A stretch of 63,786 nucleotides of DNA, counting the filler, from an uncultured Acidimicrobiia bacterium (GTDB taxonomy: Bacteria; Actinomycetota; Acidimicrobiia; Spongiisociales; JAOTWH01): the NCBI GenBank assembly GCA_964347285.1. It is 3 parts of 3 records of this genome, joined end to end, with 100 filler letters (N's around TTAATTAATTAA, not from the genome) between each part and the next. Parts side by side here need not be neighbours in the genome. Positions count along the whole stretch, not along the records: positions 1 to 24,700 come from CAYFYE010000030.1; 2 more parts are not named here. One strand, given 5' to 3'. The position numbers were made by a program, and so were the translations under genes. The notes beneath the pieces were generated by a model that was not told the origin of the DNA, made no database searches, and saw nothing but the letters and a program-made list of their open reading frames with translations. Of the stretch, positions 12,786 to 24,291 are shown piece after piece (position 1 is the first letter of the stretch; each line of letters opens with the position of its first letter).

Positions 12786-13106
12786 GGGTACGACCTCCCG
12801 TCCCCTCGACAACTAGCCGACGGGGAATCCACTCGCTTGGCCAAGCAATGCTCGGCTCGACCGGTGCACCGGCGCCACCGATGGATTGGTGGGGCGGGCG
12901 GGAACCACGCTCGATGCAACGGCGCCCAACAGCTTTTCGGTCGTGGGGCGGATGTCGTCGGTGGGAGACTTGCGTTGCCGGCTATTGCGTGACTTCCGGC
13001 ATCCGATTTGGGGATTCCGGCTCTGCCATCAGCGGATCTGATGCACGACGCTGGGGATGAAGAGGCAGCAGTGGCTCACCGGCGATCGATCGAGAGGAGG
13101 GCCCGC

Positions 13107-13454
13107 ATGACGAAGCTCGAAGAGCTGATGACCGGAGCGCGTGACGCGCTTGCGGTGGGACGCGTCTACGGCGAACCGTACGAGAAGAACGGCGTGACGT
13201 TCATACCGGCGGCCTCTGTGCGAGGCGGCGGAGGTGGGGGCGAGGGCGAGGGAGGTGAGACGGAGCCGAGTGGTGCCGGCGGCGGATTCGGCATGACGGC
13301 CCGCCCGGTGGGCGCTTACCAGATCAAGGATGACCAGGTGTCCTGGATCCCCGCCGCCGACACCACGCGGGTGATCATCCTGGCCGAGGTCGTGGCCATC
13401 GTGGCACTGCTGGTGGTCCGGTCCGTGCTCCGGTCGCGGCGGGGCACCGCCTGA
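13107..13454 (+). CDS. GerW/YtfJ-family protein
   Basis: VYGEPYEKNGVTFIPAASVRGGGGGG...GGGFGMTARPVG; GAGGAGG RBS. Confidence 0.8.
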   Translation: MTKLEELMTGARDALAVGRVYGEPYEKNGVTFIPAASVRGGGGGGEGEGGETEPSGAGGGFGMTARPVGAYQIKDDQVSWIPAADTTRVIILAEVVAIVALLVVRSVLRSRRGTA

Positions 13455-13495
13455 GCAGGGCGCCGGCGTCGTCAGGCAGGAGAGGCAAGGTGTAG

Positions 13496-14398
13496 ATGGG
13501 GTCGGTCGTCGAAGTGAGGGGCCTCGCGAAGCGGTACGGGAGCTTCGTCGCGGTGGAGGACGTCACCTTCAGCGTCGAAGAAGGCGAGATCTTCGGGATT
13601 CTGGGACCCAACGGAGCCGGTAAGACCACCACCGTCGAGTGCCTGCAGGGTCTGCGCAAAGCGGACGGCGGCGAGGTGCAGGTGCTGGGTTTCGACCCGC
13701 GCCACGAAGCGACCCGGCTGCGGCGGCATATCGGTTCCCAGCTCCAGGAGTCGGCACTCCCGGACCGTATCAAGGTATGGGAAGCGCTCGAACTGTTCTC
13801 CTCGCTCATCCCGGGTGGTCCTCCCTGGGCGACCGTGCTGGAGCAGTGGGGCCTCGGCGAGAAGCGCAATGCCACGTTCGCCAGCCTTTCGGGAGGCCAG
13901 CAGCAGCGACTGTTCGTCGCCCTGGCGCTGGTGAACGCTCCCCGGCTGGTGTTCTTGGACGAGATGACGACCGGACTCGATCCGATGGCGCGCCGGATCA
14001 CCTGGGATCTCATCCGCCAGATCCGGGACGGGGGGACGACCGTCGTCCTGGTCACCCACTTCATGGACGAGGCCGAGAACCTGTGCGATCGCATCGCGGT
14101 GATCAACGACAAGCGGGTCGTCGCCCTGGACACGCCCGACGGCCTCATCGAGCACTACGCGGGAGGCGCCGAGGTCACGTTCTCGACGGATGCCGGCGAC
14201 CTCGGGTTCCTCGATCGGGTCGCGGAAGTGGACGGGTTGGAGCGGCAGGGCCGCCGGGTCACGGTCACCGGGAGCGGAGCGTTGCTGGCGCGGGTGGCCG
14301 CCGAGCTGGTGGGCCACGGCCTGACGCCGATCGATCTCGAGGTGAAGCGAGCCACGCTGGAGGACGTGTTCTTGACCATCACCGGGGGGGAGCACTGA
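13496..14398 (+). CDS. ABC-2 exporter ATP-binding protein
   Basis: [30 protein letters not shown]. Confidence 0.93.
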   Translation: MGSVVEVRGLAKRYGSFVAVEDVTFSVEEGEIFGILGPNGAGKTTTVECLQGLRKADGGEVQVLGFDPRHEATRLRRHIGSQLQESALPDRIKVWEALELFSSLIPGGPPWATVLEQWGLGEKRNATFASLSGGQQQRLFVALALVNAPRLVFLDEMTTGLDPMARRITWDLIRQIRDGGTTVVLVTHFMDEAENLCDRIAVINDKRVVALDTPDGLIEHYAGGAEVTFSTDAGDLGFLDRVAEVDGLERQGRRVTVTGSGALLARVAAELVGHGLTPIDLEVKRATLEDVFLTITGGEH

Positions 14399-14399
14399 C

Positions 14400-15149
14400 A
14401 TGCGGACGCTGGCGCGGTTGTCGTGGGTGGAGCTGAAGCTGTTCGTGCGAGAGCCGCTGACCGTCGTCTTCTCGCTGGCTTTGCCGCTCATCATCCTTTT
14501 CGTGCTCGGCGGGGTGTTCGGCAACGAGCCGACCCGGCCGGGGGAGGAGGTGGTGTATCGGGGAGTGGGGCCGATGAGCTACTACGTTCCGGCCTATCTC
14601 GCCCTCGTGGTGGCCTCGGTGTGCGTGATCAGCATTCCCACCCACCTGGCCGGCAGCCGGGAGCGGGGCGTGCTCAAGCGTTTCCATGCGTCCTCGGTGA
14701 ACGCATGGGCGGTGGCCGGCGCCGAGGCGGCGGTCGCCTTCGTTCTGTCGGTGGTCAGTGCGGTGATTCTGCTCGCGGCGGCGAGGGTGGTCTACGACTT
14801 CGACACCGCCGATTCGATCCCGGCGGTGTTGGGCGTGTTTGCCCTGCTGACCCTGGGTTTCGCCGCCTTCGGGATCTTCCTCGGGGCGGTCCTGCCCACG
14901 GCTCGGGCCGCCCAGGCGGTGGGGATGCTGGTGTGGTTCGTGATGCTGTTCCTCGGGGGGGCGGGCCCTCCCCCGGAGGTGCTCACCGAGGGCATGCGAA
15001 CGGTGTCCGACATCACCCCCCTGTGGCATGCCGTGCAGATGATGCACGATGCCTGGCTCAGCCTGGACGCCGGGCTGTCCTGGCTGATCTTCGGGGGGAT
15101 CGCCGTGCTCAGCGCCGTACTCGGGCTCCGCTTCTTCCGCTGGGAGTGA
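14400..15149 (+). CDS. ABC-2 exporter permease
   Basis: Six TMs, RERGVLKR motif, FFRWE C-terminus; follows the ATPase gene. Confidence 0.9.
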   Translation: MRTLARLSWVELKLFVREPLTVVFSLALPLIILFVLGGVFGNEPTRPGEEVVYRGVGPMSYYVPAYLALVVASVCVISIPTHLAGSRERGVLKRFHASSVNAWAVAGAEAAVAFVLSVVSAVILLAAARVVYDFDTADSIPAVLGVFALLTLGFAAFGIFLGAVLPTARAAQAVGMLVWFVMLFLGGAGPPPEVLTEGMRTVSDITPLWHAVQMMHDAWLSLDAGLSWLIFGGIAVLSAVLGLRFFRWE

Positions 15150-15290
15150 TTTGGGGTTCTGCGCCTACGTGAAGCAGTCTGCGGCTCTGTGCCCAAGCCC
15201 ACTCAACCGATCGCGGTGTCGCCACGGTCTCCGCCGACGTTGCCCGGGACGAAGAGTAGGGTCGGGCGCAACTTTCTGGAGGAGGACCCG

Positions 15291-16697
15291 TTGAACAGCT
15301 CGCGCAATCGAATCGCCATCGTTCTCGTCGGTGTCCTCTTGGCCGGGCTGGCGGCGGCCGTGCCTTCAGTCGCCGCCAACGACGCCGAGAGGATCCCCAA
15401 CGACCCGAGCCTCCTCGGGCACCAGCTCGACGCCGACCAGGAGGTGAAGCGACTGCGCAACACCGGCAAGGGCATGCCGTCGGTGCGGGGGCCGTTCCCC
15501 GACACTGTCGGGATGGAATTCCTCGGCCAGGTCACCAACGAGGAGCTGGGCGTAACCCGGCTCGTCTTCACCGGCGCCAGCTTCCTGTCGGACATCTGGG
15601 GCTGGACGTCGCCGGACACGGGCCATGAGTACGCCCTCGTCGGTACCTCCTCCGGCGTGGCCTTCGTCCGCATCACCAATCCGACAGCTCCCGAGTACCT
15701 GGGGATCGTGCCCACCACCAACCCGGACACGCTGCGCAACTTTTGGTGGGACATCAAGGTGTTCAACAACTACGCCTACTGGACGACCGAGGTCAACGAC
15801 GCCGGCGTCGCCATCTTCGACCTCACCCGCCTCGATGCCCTCCTCGAGGTTCCGCCGGGCACCACCCTCGCCGTGGACGCCCGCTACACCGGCGGGGGCT
15901 ACATCCGGGCCCACAACATCTCGATCAACGAGGACACCGGCTTCGCCTACCTGACCGGGGTGACCAAGGACCCCGAGGTCGATCCCGGGTTCACCGACGA
16001 CGGTGTGGTCATCCTCGACCTCAACGAAGGCGCGCTGGCGCCCGTCGAGGTGGGCCAGATCCTCGGAATCGACTCCCACGACGCCCAGGTGGTCTCCTAC
16101 GAGGGGCCCGACCCCGACCACCAGGGCAAGGAGATCGCCTTCGTCTTCAACGGCGGCGATCTCGAGTTCGGCATCTACGACGTGACGGACAAGTCCAACA
16201 AAGTGCTCGACATCTCGACCACCACCTACCCGGGCGCATCGTTCACCCACCAGGGCTGGGCCACTGAGGACCACAGCTACCTGCTCGTGGGCGACGAAGG
16301 TGACGAGCTGGACGGCATCTCCGACCCGCGCAACCCCGTGCTGCCCGACACCGCCCGCACCTACATCTTCGACATCCGGGACCTCGACGACCCGGAGCTG
16401 ATCGGGACCTTCGATTCGCCGGCGGCGTCGATCGACCACAACCTGTTCGTCAAAGGCGACAGGGTGTACCAGGCGCACTACACGGCCGGCATCAGGGTGC
16501 TCGATGCCAGCGACGTGGCCAATGGGAACCTCACCGAGAAGGCCCATATGGACACCGAGCCCCGCCTCCCCAACAACCACATGAACCGCAACATCAACAT
16601 CTTTGTTGGACCGTGGGGCGTGTACCCGTTCTTCGACAGCGGAAGTATCATCGCCAGCGACGGGTTGAACGGCCTCATCATCATGAGACTGTCGTAG
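15291..16697 (+). CDS. Secreted choice-of-anchor B / LVIVD-like beta-propeller protein
   Basis: Signal peptide; SDIWGW...EYALVG, WWDIKV, AHNI, HDAQ, THQGW, IDHN, YQAHYTAG, WGVYPFF motifs; TTG start with GGAGGAGG. Confidence 0.8.
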   Translation: MNSSRNRIAIVLVGVLLAGLAAAVPSVAANDAERIPNDPSLLGHQLDADQEVKRLRNTGKGMPSVRGPFPDTVGMEFLGQVTNEELGVTRLVFTGASFLSDIWGWTSPDTGHEYALVGTSSGVAFVRITNPTAPEYLGIVPTTNPDTLRNFWWDIKVFNNYAYWTTEVNDAGVAIFDLTRLDALLEVPPGTTLAVDARYTGGGYIRAHNISINEDTGFAYLTGVTKDPEVDPGFTDDGVVILDLNEGALAPVEVGQILGIDSHDAQVVSYEGPDPDHQGKEIAFVFNGGDLEFGIYDVTDKSNKVLDISTTTYPGASFTHQGWATEDHSYLLVGDEGDELDGISDPRNPVLPDTARTYIFDIRDLDDPELIGTFDSPAASIDHNLFVKGDRVYQAHYTAGIRVLDASDVANGNLTEKAHMDTEPRLPNNHMNRNINIFVGPWGVYPFFDSGSIIASDGLNGLIIMRLS

Positions 16698-16889
16698 CGA
16701 GCGCGCACCGCTCCGGTGGGCGTTGGTCGCTTTGGGGGGCACTGGGAGCGGCCGCCGCGATCGGCCCTAACTGCGACCTCACCGAGGCGAGCAGTCGACC
16801 GTGCGAGGGGGCCCCTACTCCGGCGGGGGTCGCTGCGCGACCCCAAACGACCCGCCGGCACGCCGGGGAAGAACCTCGCCTGATTCCGT

Positions 16890-17303
16890 GTGGGCCGTCG
16901 CCGGGGCAAACGTGCCGGTGAGTCCGTCGAATGGATATGGGAGGAGGACGCGGAGGTCTGGGTTGATGCCGGCACGAACAAGACCGTGGTCAATCTCAAT
17001 GACGCCTTGGTACCGCCTGGTCCTCCGTTCGGAGGCAACGATTGGGGCACCTTCGAACTCGACCTGGGAGGGATCGGGGAGTTTGCCGGTAGCTGGAGGA
17101 CTGCCCTCCCTGAGTGGGGCAAGGCCGTCGGTCGGGCAACCGACGGCAGTGGAGGACTCATCAAAGCTGACCTCGCCCCCGACCTGGGCGAGTTCCCCGC
17201 CCTCGTCGACTTTGGCTTCTGTGGACCGGTTGACTTTGAACCGCCCGTGCTCGAGCTTCCCCCGCTGCACGCCAAGTACGTGGTGATCGATTCGCACGGA
17301 TAG
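16890..17303 (+). CDS. Hypothetical protein or 5'-truncated gene fragment
   Basis: Protein-like composition (W/F/D/G-rich), but no clear start or recognisable family. Confidence 0.35.
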   Translation: MGRRRGKRAGESVEWIWEEDAEVWVDAGTNKTVVNLNDALVPPGPPFGGNDWGTFELDLGGIGEFAGSWRTALPEWGKAVGRATDGSGGLIKADLAPDLGEFPALVDFGFCGPVDFEPPVLELPPLHAKYVVIDSHG

Positions 17304-17325
17304 CCGGAGGATGCAGCCGGAACCC

Positions 17326-18837
17326 TCAGTCTGATGCAGCGTCTGGGTCCCCTCCGGCCTGTTGGAACCAGGACCGAAGGGCCGGGTAGAGCATGCGGTA
17401 GCGCTGGTGGAGCTCGCCGTAGCGCTCGGCGTCCGGGCCCGGCTCGGTCACCTGGTCGATGGCGACCCAGGCCGCGGTCGCTGCGTCCACATCGGCGTGC
17501 CAGCCGGCCCCCACCGCCGCCAGCACGGCCGCCCCGTATGCCGCCCCCTCGGCCGTCGTGACCGTGGCGATCTCGGCGTTCATGACGTCGGCCAGGATCT
17601 GACGCCACAGCCGGCTGCGGGTTCCGCCGCCCGTCGCTCTCACCTGCTCGGGGTGGCCGGCTCCGGCCTCAACCATAAGGTCGAGCCCGTCCCGCAGGCC
17701 GAACGCCACGCCCTCGAGGACGGCCCGGGTGAGGTGGTCGAAGGTGTGGCGGACTTCCAGGCCGATGAAGGCCCCCCTCGCCGTCGGGTCGGGATGGGGC
17801 GTGCGCTCGCCGGTGAGGTAGGGGAGGAAGTTCACGCCGTCGGCGCCGGCCGCCACCCGGGCGGCGCCGGCGGTCAGGTCGTCGAAGCTCGTGCCGCTGG
17901 TGAAGGTGTCCCGGTACCAGCGCAGGCTGCCGGCGGCGGACAGCATGACCCCCATGAGGTGCCAGCGGTCCGGCACGGCGTGGGGGAAGGCGTGCACGCG
18001 TCCCTCGGGCTCGAAGCGTGGCTCGTGCGTTGCCATGAACACCACCCCCGAGGTCCCCAAGGACAGCGACACCACGCCCTCGGTAACGGCGCCCGTTCCC
18101 ACCGCCCCGGCCGCCTGGTCGCCCCCTCCCGCCACTACCGGGGTGCCGGCGGCGAGCCCGGTGGCCTCGGCGGCGGACGCCGTGACTGCGCCGGTGACCT
18201 GTGGTCCTTCGTGGGTGGGCGGGAGCAGGCCGGCGTCGATGTCCAATGCGTCGAGCACTTCCGGTGACCAATCTCGGGTGGCCAGGTCGAGGAGGATCGT
18301 GCCGCCGGCTCCGGCCTTGTCGGTGGCATGCTCGCCGGTGAGGTGGAGGCGGACGTAGTCCTTGGGCAGCAACATGGAGGCGGCCCGCCGGTACAGCTCC
18401 GGCTCGTGGCTGCGCACCCACAGCAGCTTGGGGGCGGTGAAGCCGGTGAGGGCGTCGTTGCCGGTGACGGCGATCAGTCGCTCCCGGCCCATACGCTCGC
18501 GGATCTCGTCGCACTCGGCGCCGGTGCGCTGATCGTTCCACAGGATGGCGGGGCGCAGGACCCGGTCATCGCCGTCGAGCAGCACCAGGCCGTGCATCTG
18601 GCCGGTAAGGCCGACGGCGGCGATCTCGTCAGCGCCGGTTCCGGCCGCGGCGAGGGCGGCCCGGATCGCCGACTGGGTGGCCTCCCACCACAGGGCCGGG
18701 TCCTGCTCGCTCCACAGCGGCCGGGGCGTCTCGAACCCGTACTCGGAGATCCCGACCGTCGCCACCGATCCGTCCTCGGCCACCAGCACGGCCTTGGTGG
18801 CGGTCGTCGAGGTGTCGATACCCAGCACGTAGCTCAT
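17326..18837 (-). CDS. xylB: Xylulokinase
   Basis: FGGY kinase: LGIDTSTT, GQMHG, ILWNDQRT, GGGDQ, PYLTGERTPH; divergent from xylA. Confidence 0.93.
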   Translation of the reverse strand: MSYVLGIDTSTTATKAVLVAEDGSVATVGISEYGFETPRPLWSEQDPALWWEATQSAIRAALAAAGTGADEIAAVGLTGQMHGLVLLDGDDRVLRPAILWNDQRTGAECDEIRERMGRERLIAVTGNDALTGFTAPKLLWVRSHEPELYRRAASMLLPKDYVRLHLTGEHATDKAGAGGTILLDLATRDWSPEVLDALDIDAGLLPPTHEGPQVTGAVTASAAEATGLAAGTPVVAGGGDQAAGAVGTGAVTEGVVSLSLGTSGVVFMATHEPRFEPEGRVHAFPHAVPDRWHLMGVMLSAAGSLRWYRDTFTSGTSFDDLTAGAARVAAGADGVNFLPYLTGERTPHPDPTARGAFIGLEVRHTFDHLTRAVLEGVAFGLRDGLDLMVEAGAGHPEQVRATGGGTRSRLWRQILADVMNAEIATVTTAEGAAYGAAVLAAVGAGWHADVDAATAAWVAIDQVTEPGPDAERYGELHQRYRMLYPALRSWFQQAGGDPDAASD

Positions 18838-18974
18838 GATCCGGGCATTGTGGTGGCTCGAGTCACGTCGTGCCGCATCGAGCCGGGCGAGGGCGCGCCC
18901 CAACCCGGTCGATTACGCTCGGCGAGCGACCGTGGCGAGGCCAAGCCGGCCCTTTCTCGACCCGAGGAGACCCG

Positions 18975-20306
18975 ATGCCCGAACCGTTCTTCACCGAGAT
19001 CACCGAGCCCATCTCCTACGCCGGGCCCGATAGCACCGATCCACTGACCTTCCGCTGGTACGACGCAGACCGGGTGGTCGCCGACCGCTCGATGGCCGAG
19101 CAGCTGCGCTTCGCCGTGGCCTACTGGCACAGCTTCAACTGGACCGGCTTCGACATCTTCGGCGCCGGCACCCTGGACCGGCCCTGGCTCGATGCCGCCG
19201 GCGATCCGATGGAGGCAGCCAAGATCAAGATGGCGGCGGCCTTCGAGTTCTTCGAGAAGCTGGGCGTTCCGTTCTTCTGCTTCCACGATCGCGACATCGC
19301 CCCCGAGGGCGACAGCTTCAAGGAGTCGGCGGCGGCGCTCGACGTCATGGTCGACGAAGCTGCCGCCCACATGGAGCGCACCGGCACCGGGCTGCTGTGG
19401 GGCACGGCCAACCTGTTCTCCCACCCCCGCTATCAGGCCGGGGCGGCCACCAACCCGGACCCCGAGGTGTTCGCCTATGCGGCGGCGCAGGTGGCCCACT
19501 GCCTGGAAGCCACCCATCGCCTGGGCGGAGCCAACTATCTCCTCTGGGGTGGCCGCGAGGGCTATGAGACCCTGCTGAACACGGACATGCGGCGCGAGCT
19601 CGACCAGCTGGGCCGGTTCCTCACCATGGTGGTGGAGCACAAGCATCACATCGGGTTCGAAGGCGGGATCTTCCTCGAGCCCAAGCCGTTCGAACCCACC
19701 AAGCACCAGTACGACTTCGACGTCGCCGCGGTGTACGCCTTCCTCCAGAAGTACGACCTGGCCGACGAGGTGAAGGTGAACATCGAGGTGAACCACGCCA
19801 CCCTCTCCGGCCACGATTTCGCCCACGAGATCGCCGCCGCGGTGGCCGCCGGGATCTTCGGCAGCATCGATGCCAATGCCGGCGACGACCGGCTGGGGTG
19901 GGACGTCGATCGCTTCCCGACCTCTGTGGAGCAGATGACCCTGGGCATGTACGAGATCCTGCGGGGAGGCGGGTTCACCACCGGAGGCTTCAACTTCGAT
20001 GCCAAGCTGCGTCGCCAGTCGATCGACCGCACCGATCTCTTCCATGCCCACATCGGCGGCATGGACACGCTGGCCCACGCCCTGGTGGTGGCGGCGGCCA
20101 TGCTGGAGGACGGTGCCCTCGAGGATGCCCGTTCCGACCGCTATGCCGGCTGGGACGGCGACCTGGGCCGCCGCATCATGGCCGGCGAGGAGACGCTGGC
20201 CACCCTGCACGAGCGGGGCACGGGCGCCGGTGAGCCGGCGAGACGATCCGGGGCCCAGGAGGCGCTGGAGAACGTCGTCGCCCGCTACATCGATCAGGCC
20301 AGGTGA
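18975..20306 (+). CDS. xylA: Xylose isomerase (class II)
   Basis: [50 protein letters not shown]. Confidence 0.97.
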   Translation: MPEPFFTEITEPISYAGPDSTDPLTFRWYDADRVVADRSMAEQLRFAVAYWHSFNWTGFDIFGAGTLDRPWLDAAGDPMEAAKIKMAAAFEFFEKLGVPFFCFHDRDIAPEGDSFKESAAALDVMVDEAAAHMERTGTGLLWGTANLFSHPRYQAGAATNPDPEVFAYAAAQVAHCLEATHRLGGANYLLWGGREGYETLLNTDMRRELDQLGRFLTMVVEHKHHIGFEGGIFLEPKPFEPTKHQYDFDVAAVYAFLQKYDLADEVKVNIEVNHATLSGHDFAHEIAAAVAAGIFGSIDANAGDDRLGWDVDRFPTSVEQMTLGMYEILRGGGFTTGGFNFDAKLRRQSIDRTDLFHAHIGGMDTLAHALVVAAAMLEDGALEDARSDRYAGWDGDLGRRIMAGEETLATLHERGTGAGEPARRSGAQEALENVVARYIDQAR

Positions 20307-21184
20307 GCCTGGAGCGGACGACCCGGGCCGGACTGGAGGCGGTCCGGCTGGCCAACGATGACGTCGAGGTGCTCGTCACCGCGTCGGTGGGGCCCCGCAT
20401 CCTCGGCTTCACCCGCCACGGCGCCCCCTCGATCTTCGCCGAGCTCGGCGATCTCGGCCTGGATCTCCCCGACGGGCGTCGCTTCACCCTCTACGGCGGT
20501 CACCGGCTGTGGGCGGCCCCGGAGGAACCGGAGCGCACCTACGAGCCGGACGATCTGCCCGTCGACATCGTCGAGACCCCGACCGGTCTGGCCGCCACCG
20601 GGCCGGCGTCGGCCGACATCGGCCTCCAGAAGTCGATCGCGCTGTCCTTCGGCGAGGGGGCGTCGCTCGAGGTCACCCACCGGATCACCAATCGGTCCGC
20701 AGAGGCGGTGGAACTGGCGCCGTGGGCGATCACCCAGCTGGCGCCGGGCGGGACCGGCATCCTCCCCTACGGCGCGGAGTCGTCCGATGGGCTACAGGCC
20801 AGCTCGCTGCTGGTGGGCTGGCCGTACACCGATTTCGCCGACCAAGGCCTTCGGATCGGGTCGGGCCTGGTGCTGGTCGAGGCGCGGCGGAGCTCGCCCA
20901 TCAAGATCGGAACCGATCTGAGCCGGGGGTGGCTGGCCTACCTGATCGGCGACCAGGTGTTCGCGAAACGGGCCCGGCAGGAACCGGGGGCCTGGTACGC
21001 CGACCGCGGCGCCTCGGCCCAGATCTACTGCAATGAGCGGTTTCTCGAACTCGAGACCCTGGGCCCGCTGGTGACCCTGGGTCCGGGGGAGAGCACCGAT
21101 CACGTCGAGACCTGGTCGCTCCATCAAATCGGTGAGGCCACCGATGCGCGAGGGATTCCCGAGCTGCTCGGACTGGACGGTTGA
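20303..21184 (+). CDS. DUF4380-like / aldose-epimerase-superfamily protein
   Basis: [40 protein letters not shown] overlap with xylA. Confidence 0.65.
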   Translation: MSLERTTRAGLEAVRLANDDVEVLVTASVGPRILGFTRHGAPSIFAELGDLGLDLPDGRRFTLYGGHRLWAAPEEPERTYEPDDLPVDIVETPTGLAATGPASADIGLQKSIALSFGEGASLEVTHRITNRSAEAVELAPWAITQLAPGGTGILPYGAESSDGLQASSLLVGWPYTDFADQGLRIGSGLVLVEARRSSPIKIGTDLSRGWLAYLIGDQVFAKRARQEPGAWYADRGASAQIYCNERFLELETLGPLVTLGPGESTDHVETWSLHQIGEATDARGIPELLGLDG

Positions 21185-21260
21185 CGCAACGACTGGTTCG
21201 ACCCCGGGTCATTGCTGCCGGGAGTAGGTTGCGCCCCGACTTCTACCGCAAGGAGCCCGC

Positions 21261-22448
21261 ATGGACGCCAATCCCGTGATCGAGATGCTCGGGCGACGAC
21301 TTCGGCTGGCCGTCATCGGGGGCGGTCCCGGAAGCTTCATCGGCGGCATGCATCGGGCGGCGGCCCGGCTGGACGACCGGTACGAACTGGTGGCCGCGGT
21401 GCTGTCTGCCGACCCGCAGCGCTCCAAGAAGGCCGCCGCCGCCCTCGGGGTCCAGGCGGACCGCGCCTACGACCATGCCATCGCCCTCCTCGAGGGTGAA
21501 GCGGCCCGATCCGATGGCGCCGATGTGGTCGCGATCATGACTCCCAACGACACCCACCATGAGTACGCCCTCGCTGCCCTCGACCGGGGCTTCGACGTGA
21601 TCGTCGACAAACCGCTGGCCAACACGCTGGACGAAGGCCTCGAGGTGCTCGATCGGGTGCAGTCCACCGGCCTGGTGCTCTGCCTCACCCACAACTACAC
21701 GGGGTATCCGCTGGTCAGGCAGGCCAAGGCGATGGTGGATGACGGCCAGCTCGGCGAGATTCGGCTGGTGCAGGTGGAGTACGTACAAGGCGGCAAGGCG
21801 GATGAGCACGACCCCGACCCCGGAGAGGAACTGCCCTGGCGCTACGACCCGGTCCGCGGCGGTCCGTCGCTCGTGTTGGGCGACATCGGAACGCATGCGC
21901 ACAACCTCGTTCGCTTTGTCACCGGGCTGGAGGTAGCAGAGGTGGCGGCCGAGATAGGCACGATCGTTCCCAACCGTTTGGTACACGACTATGCGGGGGC
22001 GCTACTCCACTTCGAGGGCGGTGCCAGAGGCACCTTCTGGGTCACCCAGGCGGCCGCCGGGGTGGAGAATTGTCTTCGCATCCGGGTCTCGGGGACCAGG
22101 GGCAGTCTCGAGTGGACGCAGGAAAAGCCCACCGTGCTGACGTTCGGGCCGCTGGACGGGCCGGTCGAGATCCGTACCCCCAATGGGCCGGGGACCCTGC
22201 CGCTGGCGGCGAGGGCGAGCCGCATCGTCGCCGGTCACCCGGAAGGTTTTCACGAGGGATTCGCCAACCTCTACTCCGATGCCGCCGAGGCCATCGCTGC
22301 CCGGCGCATCGGCGTCACGCCGGACCCGCTGGCGCTTCATTTTCCGAAGGCCCTCGACGGGGTGCTGGGGCTGCGGTTCACAGAAGCGGCCATCGAATCG
22401 AGTGCCGCCGGGGGTGCCTGGACCTCGAGCACGCTCGACTCCGCGTGA
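21261..22448 (+). CDS. Gfo/Idh/MocA oxidoreductase
   Basis: IGGGPGSFIG..HR, TPNDTH, DKPL, HNYTGYP, GDIGTHA, GHPEGF. Confidence 0.9.
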   Translation: MDANPVIEMLGRRLRLAVIGGGPGSFIGGMHRAAARLDDRYELVAAVLSADPQRSKKAAAALGVQADRAYDHAIALLEGEAARSDGADVVAIMTPNDTHHEYALAALDRGFDVIVDKPLANTLDEGLEVLDRVQSTGLVLCLTHNYTGYPLVRQAKAMVDDGQLGEIRLVQVEYVQGGKADEHDPDPGEELPWRYDPVRGGPSLVLGDIGTHAHNLVRFVTGLEVAEVAAEIGTIVPNRLVHDYAGALLHFEGGARGTFWVTQAAAGVENCLRIRVSGTRGSLEWTQEKPTVLTFGPLDGPVEIRTPNGPGTLPLAARASRIVAGHPEGFHEGFANLYSDAAEAIAARRIGVTPDPLALHFPKALDGVLGLRFTEAAIESSAAGGAWTSSTLDSA

Positions 22449-22494
22449 GTACCGTCGCCTCGTGCCGTAGAGAGCCGGCGTAGAAGGGAGAGAG

Positions 22495-23475
22495 ATGGAC
22501 AAGGTCCGCTGGGGCATCGTGAGCACGGCCGACATCGGCATGTCCAAGGTGACGCCGGCGATTCAGCAGGCGTCCAACTCCGAGGTGGTGGCGATCGCCT
22601 CGCGGGAGGCCGACAGGGCGGCGGCGGCGGCGGCGCGGCTGGGGATACCGTCCTCGTACGGGTCGTACGAAGACCTGTTGGCGGCGGAGGACATCGACGC
22701 CGTCTACATACCGCTGCCCAACGACCTGCACGCCGAGTGGACGATCAAGGCGGCCCGGGCGGGCAAACACGTGTTGTGTGAGAAGCCGCTGGCGGTCTCC
22801 GCGTCACAGGCGACCGAGATGGCGGCGGCCTGTGCCGAGGAGGGGGTGAAGCTGGCCGAGGCCTTCATGTACCGCCACCACCCCACCTGGGTGGAAGCGG
22901 TCCGATTGGTCCGCTCGGGGGCCATCGGAGAGCTGCAGGCGGTCCAGAGCTGGTTCAGCTACTTCAACGACGACCCGTCGGACATTCGCAATCGTGTGGA
23001 GAACCACGGCGGGGCGCTGATGGACATCGGTTGCTACAACATCAACTTGTCGCGGATGCTGTTCGGCGGAGAGCCCGTCGGCATCCAGGGCGCGGTCCGG
23101 CGCGATCCGGAGATGGGCATCGACATCCTCACCTCAGGGCTGCTCGAGTTCGAAGGCGGCGGCCAGGCCACGTTCTCCTGCGCCATCCGGGCCGAGAACG
23201 ATCAACGGGTGCACATCGCCGGCACCGGGGGCCGCATCGAGATCGAGATTCCCTTCAATATTCCACCGGACCTCGAAACGCGCCTTTTCGTGACCTCGGG
23301 TGGCAGCCCGCCCACCGCCCCGGCGACGAAGACGATGACGTTCCCGCCGGCCGACCAGTACACCATCCAGGCCGAGCTGTTTGCCGGGGCGGTGCTGGAA
23401 GACGAGGACTACCCGGTGGGCATCGACGACGCCGTCGCCAACATGGCGGTCATCGACGCGATCTTGGGCAACTAG
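22495..23475 (+). CDS. Gfo/Idh/MocA oxidoreductase (xylose dehydrogenase-like)
   Basis: [45 protein letters not shown]. Confidence 0.88.
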   Translation: MDKVRWGIVSTADIGMSKVTPAIQQASNSEVVAIASREADRAAAAAARLGIPSSYGSYEDLLAAEDIDAVYIPLPNDLHAEWTIKAARAGKHVLCEKPLAVSASQATEMAAACAEEGVKLAEAFMYRHHPTWVEAVRLVRSGAIGELQAVQSWFSYFNDDPSDIRNRVENHGGALMDIGCYNINLSRMLFGGEPVGIQGAVRRDPEMGIDILTSGLLEFEGGGQATFSCAIRAENDQRVHIAGTGGRIEIEIPFNIPPDLETRLFVTSGGSPPTAPATKTMTFPPADQYTIQAELFAGAVLEDEDYPVGIDDAVANMAVIDAILGN

Positions 23476-23490
23476 CCGCCGGGTCGGCGC

Positions 23491-24291
23491 TCAGTCGTGG
23501 AGGTACTCCAGCTCCGCCTGGGACACCTCGCCGGGCAGCTTGCCCATGATGATCATCGCCAGCACCTGGTCCTTGGTCACCCGGTCTTTGAAGACGGTGC
23601 CCACCAGCTTGCCCTGGAGCATCACGGCGATGCGGTCGGCGAGGTCGAAGACATCGTGGATGTCGTGGCTGATCAGGAAGATGCCGAGACCCTCCGCCTT
23701 GAGCTGCTGGATCAGCTCCGCCACCTGCTGGGTCTCGGCGGGGCCGAGGGCGGCGGTGGGCTCGTCCATGATCATGATGCGGGCGTTGAAGTGGACGGCT
23801 CGGGCGATGGCGACCGACTGGCGCTGGCCGCCGGACAGCGAGTTCACCGGCGTCTTGAAGTTCTCGAACTTGGGGTTGAGCCGTCCCATGACCTGCCGTG
23901 CCGCGCTCTCCATGGCCGAGTCGTCCAGCGTCCCGAATCGGGTGCGCAGCTCCCTTCCCAGGAACATGTTGGAGGGGGCATCGATGTTCTCCGCCAGCGC
24001 CAGCGTCTGATAGATGGTCTCGATGGCGTACTGCTTGGCGTCGAGCGGGGTGTTGATCGTCACCTCTTTGCCATCGATGAAGATCTGTCCCGAGTCGGCC
24101 CGGTGGGCACCCGACAGCGTCTTGATGAGGGTGGTCTTGCCGGCGCCGTTGCCGCCCACGAGGGCCAACACTTCCCCGGGGAAGAGGTCGACGGACACGC
24201 CGTCGACGGCGTGGACGCCGCCGAAGGCGACCCGGATGTCGCGCATCTGGACGAGCGGCGTGCCCTCCCTGGTTGCCACAGTCGTGGTCAT
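23491..24291 (-). CDS. Sugar (xylose-type) ABC transporter ATP-binding protein, single NBD
   Basis: [29 protein letters not shown]. Confidence 0.9.
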   Translation of the reverse strand: MTTTVATREGTPLVQMRDIRVAFGGVHAVDGVSVDLFPGEVLALVGGNGAGKTTLIKTLSGAHRADSGQIFIDGKEVTINTPLDAKQYAIETIYQTLALAENIDAPSNMFLGRELRTRFGTLDDSAMESAARQVMGRLNPKFENFKTPVNSLSGGQRQSVAIARAVHFNARIMIMDEPTAALGPAETQQVAELIQQLKAEGLGIFLISHDIHDVFDLADRIAVMLQGKLVGTVFKDRVTKDQVLAMIIMGKLPGEVSQAELEYLHD

